Below are positions 13,260-25,300 of a stretch of DNA of 64,000 bases, piece after piece. The position numbers and the translations under genes are program-made. The stretch is from Dendrobates tinctorius (Eukaryota). Position 1 is the stretch's first letter, and each line of letters opens with the position of its first letter. Location of the stretch: contig NW_027361806.1 in assembly GCF_039654945.1 (NCBI RefSeq), positions 28,024,001 through 28,088,000 on the forward strand, given 5' to 3'. Below the pieces are notes generated by a model. That model ran no database searches. It saw nothing but the letters and a program-made list of their open reading frames with translations, and was not told the DNA's origin.

Positions 13260-14804
13260 TTAAAGGTGTGCCACCGCTGCCTGGAGAATTTTCCTACCCA
13301 GGCTCGCATCCAACGAAGCCTGAGTATGCACACTGTAATGCTTAGAGAACGTGTGCAGGCTTGACCAAGTTGCCGCCTTGCATACCTGCTCTGCCGAAGC
13401 CTGATGCCGAAGCGCCCAAGAGGCGCCGACTGCCCGAGTCGAGTGCACCCTTATTCCAGCTGGAACCGGCGCGCCTCTAATACGGTAAGCCTCCTGAATA
13501 GTCAGGCGAATCCATCTGGCTATGGTCGACCGTGAGGCTGCGAGCCCCTTCCTGCGCCCTTCGGGGATCACAAACAACGAATCTGTCTGGCGAAAAGGTG
13601 CTGTCCTCGACACATACATTCTGAGGGCCCTTACTAGGTCCAGCGTGTGGAGCGCCTTCTCCACTCTGTGTACCGGGGCTGGACAAAACGAAGGCAAAAC
13701 AATGTCCTCATTAATATGGAACGAGGACACAACCTTCGGCAGAAACGGCGGCGGTGGTCTCAGGACTACCTTATCCTTAAAAAAGGTCAGAAACGGCGCT
13801 CTACAGGATAGGACTGCCAATTCCGAGACCCGCCTAATAGAGGTTATGGCTACCAAAAACACGACCTTCCTGGTAAGGTATGGCAATTCGACTTCCTGCA
13901 ACGGCTCAAAAGGAGCTTCCTGCAGGACACCCAGAACCAAATTAAGGTCCCAGGCGTCTAAGGGAGCCCTAAAGGGGGGCACCAAATGCGAGACCCCCTG
14001 AATGAATGTCTTGACCTGCATATTGGTAGCGATCTTTCGCTGGAAAAGGACAGACAAGGCCGATATCTGTCTCCTCAGGGAACTCGGGGCCAAACCTGCG
14101 TCCAGGCCTGACTGCAGAAAAGCCAGAATTTTGGGAACCGAGAAGGACAAAGGCGCAACCCCGTGCTCTCGACACCAGAGAAAGAAAACCTTCCACGTGT
14201 TATGATAGACCCTCGCTGAGGCCGGCTTCCGGGCGCTAACCATCGTGGCCACCACCTCAGGCCCAAACCCCGCCTGGGTCAGAACCCAGGATTCAACGGC
14301 CATGCCGTCAAACACAGGGCCCCTAAGTTCGGGTGGTAGATCGGCCCCTGGGACAGTAAGTCTGGCCGTTCCGGTAGACGCCATGGCACGTCTGCGAGGA
14401 GCTGTACTAGATCCGCGTACCAAGCTCGACGGGGCCGGTCTGGAGCCAGCAGAATTGCCGGAACCCTCTCTATCTTGATCTTCCTGATTACCCTCGGGAG
14501 AAGAGGCAGAGGAGGAAACAGGTATGGGAGACAAAACTGGCTCCATGGAAGAACCAACGCATCCGCTGCAATTGCTCGCGGGTCCTGAGACCGGGCAACA
14601 AACCTGCCCACCTTGGCGTTCTCCCTGGAGGCCATCAGATCCACGTCCGGAGTCCCACACCGTTGGCAAATCTGCTGGAAGACCTCGGGGTGCAGGGACC
14701 ATTCCCTGGCCACGACCCCCTGCCGACTCAGGAAATCGGCTGCCCAATTTTCCACGCCTGGTATATGAACCGCTGAGATTACTGAGTGGTGCCTCTCGGC
14801 CCAA
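13260..14804 (-). CDS. DIRS tyrosine recombinase (open frame; true start probably ~14300-14385)
   Basis: Catalytic set SIRRVSEL (R), HSTR (HxxR), ATW and TFSKHY (Y), preceded by a phage-integrase-like N-terminal region. Confidence 0.9.
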   Translation of the reverse strand: MGREAPLSNLSGSYTRRGKLGSRFPESAGGRGQGMVPAPRGLPADLPTVWDSGRGSDGLQGERQGGQVCCPVSGPASNCSGCVGSSMEPVLSPIPVSSSASSPEGNQEDQDREGSGNSAGSRPAPSSLVRGSSTAPRRRAMASTGTARLTVPGADLPPELRGPVFDGMAVESWVLTQAGFGPEVVATMVSARKPASARVYHNTWKVFFLWCREHGVAPLSFSVPKILAFLQSGLDAGLAPSSLRRQISALSVLFQRKIATNMQVKTFIQGVSHLVPPFRAPLDAWDLNLVLGVLQEAPFEPLQEVELPYLTRKVVFLVAITSIRRVSELAVLSCRAPFLTFFKDKVVLRPPPPFLPKVVSSFHINEDIVLPSFCPAPVHRVEKALHTLDLVRALRMYVSRTAPFRQTDSLFVIPEGRRKGLAASRSTIARWIRLTIQEAYRIRGAPVPAGIRVHSTRAVGASWALRHQASAEQVCKAATWSSLHTFSKHYSVHTQASLDASLGRKILQAAVAHL

Positions 14805-16200
14805 CGGAGTACCTGTTCTATCTCGCGCATGGCTGCCCTGCTGCGTGTGCCTCCCTGGTGATTCACGTACGCCACGCCGTGGCGTCTGACTGGACCCTGA
14901 CTGGGCGACCCACTAGCCAGTGCTGAAAATGCTGCAACGCCAACCGCACTGCTCGAATCTCCAACAAGTTGATCGGCAGAAGAGTCTCCTGGGGAGACCA
15001 CTGCCCCTGTGCTGTGTGATGACGAAACACTGCTCCCCAATCGAAAAGACTCGTGTCGGTCGTGACCACCAACCATTGATCTGGAGGAAAGGGTTTCCCC
15101 TGAAGGAGAGAGGAGTCGCGCGTCCACCATTGAAGTGCCCGCCGGACCTGAAGGGACAACCTGCACTGATGATCCAGGGAGAACGGACTCCTGTCCCATG
15201 CTGCTAAAAGAGCATGCTGCAGGGGGCGAAGATGAAACTGCACAAACGGAATTGCTTCTATTGCTGCTACCATCCTCCCTAGAACCCTCATCCCAAATCG
15301 AATCGTGTGAGGGCCTGGTTGCTGAAGACTCCGAACTCCCTGCCGGAGCGCCTGGGCCTTGTCTTGAGGGAGAATTACCAACCCTTGGGAAGTGTCGAAA
15401 ATCATCCCTAGGAATGGAATCCTCTGAGCCGGGGTAAGAGATGACTTCTTCCCATTGACTAACCATCCCAGGCGGGATAGAGTATCCAGCGTGATGCTGA
15501 CATTCTCCTCGCATGCTTGAAAGGATGGCCCCTTCACTAAAAGGTCGTCCAAGTATGGCAGCACTACTATGCCCCGAGAATGAAGAATGGCCATAACGAC
15601 CGCCATCACCTTCGTGAATACCCTGGGTGCCGTGGCCAACCCGAACGGCAGAGCCACAAACTGGAAATGCCGGCCATTGATCGCAAAACGAAGGAACTTC
15701 TGATGCGGGGGAAAAATAGGGATGTGCAGGTAGGCATCCTGAACATCGATTGAGGCCAAATACGCTCCCTGCTCCATGGCCGATATCACTGACCGGAGGG
15801 ATTCCATCCTAAAGTGCCTGACTCTGATGAACCTGTTTAGGAGCTTTAGGTCCAAAACCGGTCTTACTGTTCCATCCTTCTTGGGGACCGCGAACAGGTT
15901 GGAATAAAATCCTTGGGCCTCTTCGCCCTCTGGTACCGGGACAATAACCCTGTTGCACAGAAGAATCCTGATGGCACCTAGCCTCTGCCCGGGTTTCCGA
16001 TTTGGGAAGCCGGGAATGAAAAAATCTCTTTGGAGGGTGTCCGATAAACTCTATCTTGTACCCAAATGACACCAATTCCGCCACCCATGCGTCGTGTGCC
16101 ACCTTGACCCAGACATGGCGGAACCTGAGCAGACGACCGCCTACTCTGCTGTCCTCGGGTACCTGATGCCTCAAGTCATTTTGCTGGGGGCCTTTGGGAC
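14279..16200 (-). pseudogene. DIRS pol: RT - RNase H - DNA adenine methyltransferase-like domain, with two frameshifts (~15980 and ~14880)
   Basis: SIDVQDAYLHIPI, LPFGLATAPRVFTK, PYLDDLL, INLLEIRAV, AYVNHQGGTRS, HIPGVENWAADFLSR, DVDLMAS and YLFPPLPLL are split over ORFs 15809-16423, 14863-15855 and 14279-15514. Confidence 0.88.
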
Positions 16201-17621
16201 CTAGCTCCCCTTGACCTGGGTGGACGGCCCCGCATCCTCCCCAGCGGGTTGGCTCTATACGTGACCTGGCGCTCTCTGTCTTGGTTGTGACGAGCTGGGG
16301 CAGTAGAACCGGCCGCTGTTGCCCATCCTGGGGCGCGAAATGCTCGAAAGCGCGCCTGCGGTTGACGAAAGGGCGGTCTACTCTTCTGCTGTGGGAGAAA
16401 GCTACTCTTTCCCCCTGTGGCATCTGAAATAAGCTTGTCTAGCTTCTCTCCAAAAAGCCGATTACCCTGATATGGCAGGGACATTAACGATTTTTTAGAA
16501 ATCGAATCAGCCCGCCATAGCCTTAGCCACAAGGCTCTCCTAATGGCGATAGCGTTTGCTGCCGCTAGCGCCGCACAATTAGCCGCATCCAAGGATGGAT
16601 TAATTAGATAGTCACTTGCCATCGCGATCTGATTTGCTATCTCAGACACCTCTACCGGCAAGTCTCTGTCTTGCAGGACTCTATTCAACGATTCTGACCA
16701 CGACATCATGGCCTTGGCCACCCATGTTGCTGCGAATGAAGGCAAAAGCGCTGATCCCGATGCCTCATACACCGAGCGGGCTAAACCTTCTATGAGCCGA
16801 TCCGTGGGGTCCTTAATGGAAGAACCACTAGGCACCGACAACAACGATCTTGAGGCCAGGCGTGACACTGGGGGATCCACAATCGGAGATTCCGCCCAAC
16901 TTTTACAGAACTCTGGTGCAAACGGGTACCTCGTCTCTAGCGTTTTTTGTACTGAAAAACGCTTGTCTGGGCGTTCCCTGTGCCGCTGCACCGTGTCCTC
17001 GAATTCTGGATGAGTGCTAAACACCCTATGTGGGCGCCTGGCCTTCTTAAAAGATATCTTATGCCCTGTGGTCAGGGAGACATCCTCCTCAATACCGAGA
17101 GTTTGATTGACGACCTCAATGAGACTGTCTACCGTGTCCCGACACCCGGGGGTATCCAGATCCAAGGATTCCTGCCTGTCCTCATACGAACTTTGCTCGC
17201 TCCCAGACAATGGTGACGGTGAGCGAGACGCCGCACTCACGGATGCCGAAGCACCGGAGGGGCCCGGAGACGCCCTATGGGCTCTTTCCCTGTACGTCTC
17301 CTTAGAGAGGGTGCGGCCCCTGCAGGCCGGCGGATCATGTGAGGTGGATGAACCTTCCCAAACCGGTGAGCCGTTGTCTCTACCCCTATCTGGGGCCTGA
17401 AGGGTCTCGATCGCCTTCGTAAGTGAAGCCATAGACCGAGACAGTGATAAGGCCCATTCCGGGGGATCCGACCCCCTGGGCTCCGTTGGAGGGGAGGGCT
17501 CCTGGGCGCGTTCGGAACTACAGGCCTCACATATTTTAATAGTCTGCGCTCGCGTGAACACAGACCCACAGGAAACGCATGCGGTATAAAGGAAAGTGTG
17601 TTTCTTCCCCTTTCCAGACAT
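16176..17621 (-). CDS. DIRS ORF1 (gag-like, 481 aa, N-terminal CxxC...CxxC)
   Basis: Long open frame at the 5' end of the element. Contains CVSC...CEAC, WAESPIVDPPVSRL, KDPTDR, RRALWLRLW and LPYQGNRLFGEKLD, typical of vertebrate DIRS gag. Confidence 0.85.
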   Translation of the reverse strand: MSGKGKKHTFLYTACVSCGSVFTRAQTIKICEACSSERAQEPSPPTEPRGSDPPEWALSLSRSMASLTKAIETLQAPDRGRDNGSPVWEGSSTSHDPPACRGRTLSKETYRERAHRASPGPSGASASVSAASRSPSPLSGSEQSSYEDRQESLDLDTPGCRDTVDSLIEVVNQTLGIEEDVSLTTGHKISFKKARRPHRVFSTHPEFEDTVQRHRERPDKRFSVQKTLETRYPFAPEFCKSWAESPIVDPPVSRLASRSLLSVPSGSSIKDPTDRLIEGLARSVYEASGSALLPSFAATWVAKAMMSWSESLNRVLQDRDLPVEVSEIANQIAMASDYLINPSLDAANCAALAAANAIAIRRALWLRLWRADSISKKSLMSLPYQGNRLFGEKLDKLISDATGGKSSFLPQQKSRPPFRQPQARFRAFRAPGWATAAGSTAPARHNQDRERQVTYRANPLGRMRGRPPRSRGARSQRPPAK

Positions 17622-17869
17622 ACTTGCGGAAAAAAACGGCCAGAAATTTTTTTTTTTTTTTTTTTATATCCTACAGGGGGGGTATGAGGAGAAGGAGAAC
17701 AACCTTCCCTAGTGTGGCCAAGACGGGGTCGCACTTACCCGGGCTCTTGCTGTCTCCCCGTGCTCCTGCTGCTGCTCCCAGCTGCTGGTCTCCCTGGGTA
17801 GGCTGCGATGCTTCCTGACCGCGGCCTACCCCATCCTGAAGCCGGGGCCTCTATTTTATCCAGCGCCCG

Positions 17870-18095
17870 CCCAGTACCCGGGGGCGGCGCTGGATCTGAC
17901 GTCGCGTCGGGGGGCGGGCGCCGGATCTGACATCACGTTGGGGCGGGCGCCGTATCTGACGTCACGTTGGGGGGCGGACCCTCCCCCCGCGGCCTAGGCC
18001 GAAGCCGCGGGCTAAATTTAGGCACCGCCCACCCGACGGCGCCGGGGGGCGGGCCTCCCCCGCGGCCTAGGCCGAAGCCGCGGGCTAAATTTGAG
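17870..18095. promoter_or_regulatory. GC-rich DIRS leader: three ~31-bp GC-box + CRE-like repeats and two ~40-bp direct repeats (candidate internal promoter)
   Basis: ggggcgggcgccg(g/t)atctgacgtcacgtt-like unit x3, one with a perfect TGACGTCA. cctccccc(c)gcggcctaggccgaagccgcgggctaaattt x2. Confidence 0.5.
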
Positions 18096-20306
18096 CCCCG
18101 CCCGCCGGAGCTCTGCGCCCTATATTGGCGCCTCACCTACCCCGCGCGCTCCTTCCCCAGCCTGGCCACTGCACCGCCGAGGATCTGCCCTCCTGCTCTG
18201 CCCGCAGGCAGGAGAGGGGAGCCGGCTCCAGCATATGGAGTGTTAGCAAGAAAATGTTTAAAAAAAAAAATAGTCTGGACTGGAGAGACCCAGACTGCAT
18301 GTGCCTCCATCAGACACTAAGCAAAAAACTGGTTTCCGCCCGCTATCGGGGCGAGGGTGTATGCGGCGGAGGAGGAGCTAACTTGTTTTTTGTATACTTA
18401 GTGTCGGCCTCCAGACGGCAGTAGCACACACCCACAGTCTCTGTGTCCCCCAATGAGACGAAGGAGAAATAACTACAAAACACTGTATAAGATCTGCGAG
18501 TTTTTGGGTAATTTTTTTGTGTATTATTATGTGCGTTTCTTCCCTATACATCTGAATGGCAGCAAAGCACTGAAATAACATGCTGCAGATCAGAAAAAAA
18601 AACACTTTGATGGTTTAAATCTTAAAAAAAAGGCAGCATGTGCTGGAGATTTTAGAAATCTCACTTAGTTTGCTGGTAATGTAAAAGGCTGTTTTTTTTT
18701 TCCCTGCTGCAAAACGTGCTGAAAGAAATGCAATGTGTGTACAAGCCCTAAGAGTGGAAAATATTGATGGATTTTAGATGCAGAAATACTGTGACATCAG
18801 TTCAGAATCTGCGCATAAAATCTGCACCAAGTGCACAACCTGTGAGTCAGGCCTCAATCATCCAACCTACTGAGCAGAGATGCCAGTTACATACCTGACA
18901 GTAGGATTTCATAACCCTCCGGACAGAAGCCGCACAGTATTCATAAGACTCATGGGGGCAAATCCGCAGCATGGCCTTAATGGCTGCCGGGGCAGAGACC
19001 GTCTGGGACTATAGCAGCACATGCCGGAAGTGAGCACTGCCGCAAAGTTATCATTAGAGCTGAGGAGAGGAAAAATGATTATAATATTTGAATTTGACCT
19101 CATGCAACAGATGGATTTTTAAGATAAAAATGTACAGATAAAACAATTGGTTATATGGTATTATCTGCCATAAACGTAGCAGTAATATCAGCTGCCCCAA
19201 TGTGAGACAGTATCCTCGTTTCTCCTCATTCACCCTTGTCGGCGCTCTGCATAGTCACCCTTGTCGGCGCTCTGCATAGTCCCACTAGCTTCTGATGGTC
19301 CAGCGGATCCTTTGTGTTTTAGGTATAAATTGTGACTGCTGCTTGCTGAGATCTAATCTTTTGTTAGTTTTCTGCACCGTTCTTCGTCTCACTTTGTGCA
19401 CATTCATTCTCTCAGACATGGCGCCTTCACTTCTGATTTTTGGTGCAGATTCCGCATTGTAATTCGCAGCAAATTCCAGCACAATACAGAACCTGCAGAT
19501 GTTGCCGTCATTGCGCTGCGGAGGCCGTGGATTCTCACAGCAGGTTTCAGGCCTATAATCTCCGCATCCAGCACAGGTCGGTCACGCGGGCTCTTCGGGT
19601 GCACACTGTGTAGATTTTCCTCCAGATTTTAGCGGGTCGGGTCCACCGTGTGAATGAGATTTAGAAATCCCATCGGCTTCTCTGAAAATGTATCCTGCAT
19701 GATGCAAATACTCGACGTGTGCCGGGACATTTCCACACAAGGGCTTTTTGCTGAGTTTTTGGAAGGTTTTTTAGGGGTTTTTAGTTTTTGAGGTTTTGGA
19801 GAGTTTCCACTCAGTTTCTGCTCCAAAAACCCCTCAGTGTGCAGGTACCATTAGGACATGTTCACACAATGTCGTGAAGACACTGGAGGTCCCAAGTCTT
19901 TTCCCTGAAGACTTCTCCGGCATCTTTTCACAGCCCCGAGCGGTTAAAAGAAGTAACAAAACTGAACGTGTGCACAGCGAGTTGTTTTTACATTGCTGTG
20001 CATTATGCTAATTCTTTTGGACCGCTTTCCAGGCGGCATCTACCTAAAAAAGACGTTGTGTGCACAGACCCTGATGCTGGTTTCATGCACTGTGAAACAC
20101 AAACTATGCTCAGAGTGCAGGACCGAGGGCCGCTCTCCTGACCGCAGGCAGTGCCCTGGATTTGGGCCGAGCACTGTGATCCGAGGGTTCACCAGCCTAG
20201 GACTAGGAACAGATTGCATTTATGGCCACACTGTCCTGTGCTCGCGGCATTATGGTCTCTGCACAGTGTTTGCCTCAGTATATGGGGTCTCCAGCATAAA
20301 GCGAAC

Positions 20307-21302
20307 ATGTATGCCCTATTAATATGGGCACACAGGTGATAGAAATGTTACACTCGTCCTACCTGTCTGCCTCATATCTGCAGTCTTGTTGAGAAATGTT
20401 ATATTCTGTCTTTGTTAATGATTTCTTCCAGGTTCCGGGGCGTGCGGTGCTGTAAGAAATCCCTGCCCCGTCTTCATTATAATACCACCCCCTCCCATGC
20501 ACGTCACAATGCCCTGTGACGCACAGATGTGATGCCCGAATCCCGCGCCTGCGCCCTGCACTCCCTACACAATCCGTCCCTTTTCCTTCCGTCAATGGGC
20601 ACTGCATTCAGGGATCTTCTGTGCAGGTGAGTTACTATGACCTACTACATGCGCTCCGATAAGATGCTCTCCCCACTTCCTCCCTGCATAGTCATCACTA
20701 GGAACTATGTGTACTTAGCAATGACTGTGCAGGGAAGTAGTGGGGAGAGCATCTTATCTTTGCGCCCACCAGAGGTCACAGTGAATCGCCGGCGCCTGCG
20801 CAGAAGATCCGTGAATGCAGTGCCCATACAGGGAAGGAAAAGGTACAGATTGTGGAGGGGGTGCAGGGAGCAGGATTCCAGCGTCAGAACAGACGTCTAT
20901 GGGAGGGGGGTGGAGCCTGGACAAAATCATTAGCATAAGGAAAAAATATAAGATTTCTCAACAACAAGACTGCAGATTTGAGGCAGACAGGTAGGACAAG
21001 TGTAACATCTATTACCTGTTTGGCCATATTAATAGGTCATATACAGTACAGACCAAAAGTTTGGACACACCTTCTCATTCAAATAGTTTTCTTTATTTTC
21101 ATGACTATGAAAATTGTAGATTCACTCTGAAGGCATCAAAACTATAAATTAACACATGTGGAATTATATAATTAACAAAAAAGTGTGAAACAACTGAAAA
21201 TATGTCTTATATTCTAGGTTCTTCACAGTAGCCACCTTTTGCTTTGATTACCGCTTTGCACTGGTCTGTACTGTACATCCTGGGCGGGGACGATTCCTTT
21301 TA
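20307..21302. mobile_element. Palindromic MITE ending in ...CCT|TTAA, interrupted by a mini-Tc1
   Basis: 20307-20405 is the inverted complement of 20945-21043. Confidence 0.6.
21044..21273. mobile_element. 230-bp internally deleted Tc1-like element with TA target duplication
   Basis: ta|CAGTACAGACCAAAAGTTTGGACAC...TGGTCTGTACTG|ta. Confidence 0.8.
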
Positions 21303-21680
21303 AACTGATTAAAATTACACTGGGGGTGAAGGAATCCGTCTTGTGGTTCTTGTGTAATCAGTGTTAGAAGTTTTCAGTTAATGATGTGCCCGTGCTCCGG
21401 GGCCGGGCTGTGGGCAGAGTCTTATCTTCCTGCTCTAAGACAGAGAAACCAAGGAGAGATCGGCCGCCAGCCCCGCCAGCAGGCTTCCCTGTCTCTATGA
21501 TGAGGAACATGTTTGTGCTTCCGGGCGGCCTGTGGTTGGGGCTGTCGGCAGGTCTCTCTTACAGCAGGAAGATAAGACTCCGCCTATAGTCCACAAGCTT
21601 ATCATTACCTGAAAGCTTCTAACACTGATTACACAACAACCACAAGATTCCTTCACCCCGGTATAATTTAATCAGTTTAA
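21299..21680. mobile_element. Palindromic MITE-like sequence
   Basis: ttaaactgattaaaattacac...aatcagtgttagaag is inverted against cttctaacactgatt...taatcagtttaa. Confidence 0.6.
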
Positions 21681-22134
21681 CTGCCAACCTGGCAATTTAC
21701 TTAGCAAAATCCAGCTGACAGGTTCGCTTTAATTAAAGGAGACCACGACTTGGTCATCCTGCATCTCTCATAGACATCAATGGAGTTTCAAAGGGTGTTC
21801 CTATCAGAGATACTCATGGCATAACCACACGATGTGCCATAAATCCCTGACACAGGTCCTAGCACTGGGAGCCGTACATCTCTTGACCCATCCTGTCTGG
21901 ATAGGCTAGAATGGCTATAAATGAAGTGCTGCAGTATGCAATCACTCCTGACGCATCTCATATACATTTATTTTATACAGAAGGGCCCCCAGCAATTATA
22001 CTGTATGAGTAAAGTCTCCTTTTACTTTTGTAAAAACATTCAAATAAATAGGGGACAGATGTGCAGTACCGGACGTGACCACAATGCTGATGATGGAGCT
22101 CTACTGTGGAACGGAGCATTTACAACCAGATGAT

Positions 22135-22349
22135 TGGAGGGGGCGCTGGGTGTCGTGAGCGGAAAGGGGAGCTGGGCTTCATGAGCTGAGAGGGGCGCTG
22201 GGCTTCATGAGCGGAGAGGGTCGCTGTGAGCAGAGAGGGGCGCAGGGCGTCATGAGCAGAGAGGGGGGCTGGGTGTCGTGAGCAGAGAGGGGGGCTGGGT
22301 GTCGTGAGCAGAGAGGGGCGCTGGGCGTCGTAAGCAGGGAGGGGCGCTG
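22135..22349. repeat. ~26-bp GC-rich minisatellite (gagcagagaggggcgctgggtgtcgt), left half, split by Copia
   Basis: Tandem units that continue at 29504-29690. Confidence 0.85.
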
Positions 22350-25300
22350 TGTTAGCAGCGGATTAATCAACGTAACATCCAGAGTCAGCAACACAGAATG
22401 TAGATTTATTCATATCCAGGTTGAACAGCTTACAGCATGAAATGTGATCAGTCTGGTATCTGCTGTGACTTGCAGCATGGGAGCATTACAACAACAAGAA
22501 GGGAAGAGAAGGAGGGGGCATCCTGTTTTTTTTTTTGTTGGCACTGAACTTTGTTAACAATCTCACAATATATAAAGCAGTACAGTAGTAGATGTTGCAA
22601 TACATACAGATCAATATGCATTATTCCAACACCCCCACTCAACAACTACTTATCCTCTTAGTCCCAGTGTGGTCCTCAATTCTTGGAACCTGGCTCGTGG
22701 CAATGGCTTTGTCATAATGTCAGCTGCCATCTTATCAGTTTCACAATAGACGAACTGAATTATGCCACGATCTATCAAATCACGTAAATGATGATGTCTG
22801 ACGTCAATGTGCTTGGTTCTAGCACTGATTTTTTCACTACATGCAAGTTTAATGCATCCTTGGTTGTCCTCATAAATCACCGTCAGCTGAGTTGACGGTG
22901 TGCCAAGATCATCCATCAATTGTCTGAGCCAAATAACCTCCTGGCTTGCATAGGCTGCGGACACATACTCCGCTTCTGTAGATGACAAGGCAACAGACAC
23001 TTGTTTCCTACTAGACCAGGAGATTAAACTTTCTCCAACTTTAAACAAGTATCCGCTTGTGGATTTACGATCATGCGACTCACCAGCCCAATCTGCATCT
23101 ACATAGCCGGTGAGTTCTAGATCTCCCGTTGCAGACAGCTTTAAATTTACATCTTGCGTTTCTTTTAAATATCGGAGAAGTCTCTTAACAGCATTCCAGT
23201 CTCTTTGGCGTGGTTTGTGGTTTTTCCACATATCTGCAAAGGATTCCAACTGTTGTTGTGATATCCGGTCGAGTCATAGTTGATATGTATAGAAGTGCCC
23301 CCACTGCCTGGCGATATTTCTCATTGTTTGGCAACAGGTCATCTTCTCCTTCCAGCTTCAGGTAGGATGGTTCCATTGGGGTTGATATACCTTTGGCTTC
23401 TGACATTCCAAACTGATTCAGAATCGAATTAATTTTTGCACTTTGGTTTAGGAGAAAACTTCCATCTTCCTCTCTCTGGATTTGGATTCCTAGATAATAT
23501 GTCACATTTCCAAGGTCTTTCGTTTCAAAATGCTGGTTCCGAATTTCAGCCATTTTCCAATTTCTGCGTCTTCCTGATGAACTACAATCACATCGTCCAC
23601 ATATAAGGGAATATACATCCACTTTCCATCTGTATATTTTGCGTATAAGCATGGATCCGCTTGACCTCTTTTAAAACCTTCTTCCAACAAGACCTTATTC
23701 ATCTTGGTATTCCATGCTCTTGCTGATTGCTTAAGACCATAAAGGGATTTTTGTAGTTTGCAAACAAGATTCTCTTCACCCCCTTTTACATAACCTTCAG
23801 GTTGAGTCATGTATAAGTCCTCCTCAATGTCACCATTTAAAAAGGCAGTTTTTATATCCAAATGTCTGACATTCATCTTTTGTACAGCAGCTACATCTAA
23901 CAAAGCTCTGAACGTGGTCTGTTTAGCGACTGGAGCAAACGTTGCATCGTAATCTTCGCCATACTTTTGAGAATATCCTTTTGCCACCAACCTTGCTTTA
24001 AATCTGTGGACTTTACCTTCAGAGTCATATTTGGTTTTGAAGACCCACTTGCACTTGATTGCCTTTTTGCCCTGTGGCAGCTTGGTGAGTTTCCAAGTTT
24101 GAAGTTGATGAAGCGATTTGATTTCCTTATTAGCAGCATTGATCCACTTTGTTCTTTCATGGACAGGTAGTTCTTGCATTTCATCCCATGACTGCGGCTC
24201 TGATTCAGGTAGTGTCTTGATTATGTAGGATAGACATTTAGCTGGTACACCTCTGTTTGATCTTGAAGATCTCCTGATTTCAGATTCACCTGATTTTTCT
24301 GTTGTTCCTTCAGTGGTTGAAGAATCCAGCCAGACCTCTACATCCTCCTTGTTATTGTCTTGTAATTGTGACTTCAGCTGGACTACTGGCGTGATGACAC
24401 AAAGTTCTCATCAATCACTACATCTCTACTTATTGTGACCTTGTTTGTTTCTAGGTGTAGAATCCTATAACCTTTCTGGGTTTCACTGTAGCCTACCAGG
24501 ATCCCTTCCTTAGCGTGAGATTCCCACTTAGTTCGCCTTTCTTTGGGAACATGTACAAGCGCTTTACTTCCGAATATTCTTATATGATGTAGTTTTGGCT
24601 TTCTGCTGTTCCATTGCTCAAATGGAGTTTTCTCTGTAGCTTTACCTGGTAGTCTGTTCTGAAGATAGCAAGCTGTCATGATTGCTTCACCCCAATATGC
24701 TGTGGGCAGATTTGCATCAAACAACATACTTCTTCCACTTTCACAGAGTGTTCGGTTCCTTCTTTCCGCGACACCATTTTGCTCAGGATTGTACGGTACA
24801 GTGGTCTGAAATAGGATTCCATTTTTCTTTAAAATGCTCTGTGTCTCATTACTTGTGTATTCAGTCCCATTATCTGCACGTAGAATCTTTGGCATTCTCC
24901 CAAATTTATTATATACCTCAGCTAGATATACTTCAAGTTTCTCTGGAATTTCTTTCTTGCTGTGAAGCAGATGGACAACTGTGTATCTTGAATGATCATC
25001 AATAAATGTGAGAAAATATCTCTTCTTCCCAGGAGTCTGAGTGCTCATTGGACCACAGACATCTGTATGTATGTATCTAGTGTCTGTTCTGTTCTTGTAG
25101 TACTTCTCTTAGGAAAAGCTTTTCTAGACATTTTCCCTTTGATGCAGCTAGTACATTTCATTATCTGGTTACATAGATCAATTGTAATGTCCTCAGCTAG
25201 TTGCTTTTGAACTTCCTTATTGCTTCTGGGTCTCTGTGTGCTAGGCGCCTATGCCATACATGAATGCAGTTATTGTACCTTTCTTCCTGAGCAGTATACA

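Larger units (their letters stand above)
12774..18469 (-). mobile_element. Full-length DIRS1-type tyrosine-recombinase retrotransposon (5696 bp)
   Basis: TTT termini on the - strand. Identical 132-bp inverted terminal repeats (12824-12955 / 18326-18457). Internal complementary region at 13096-13198. ORFs for gag, RT/RNaseH/methyltransferase and tyrosine recombinase. Confidence 0.95.
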
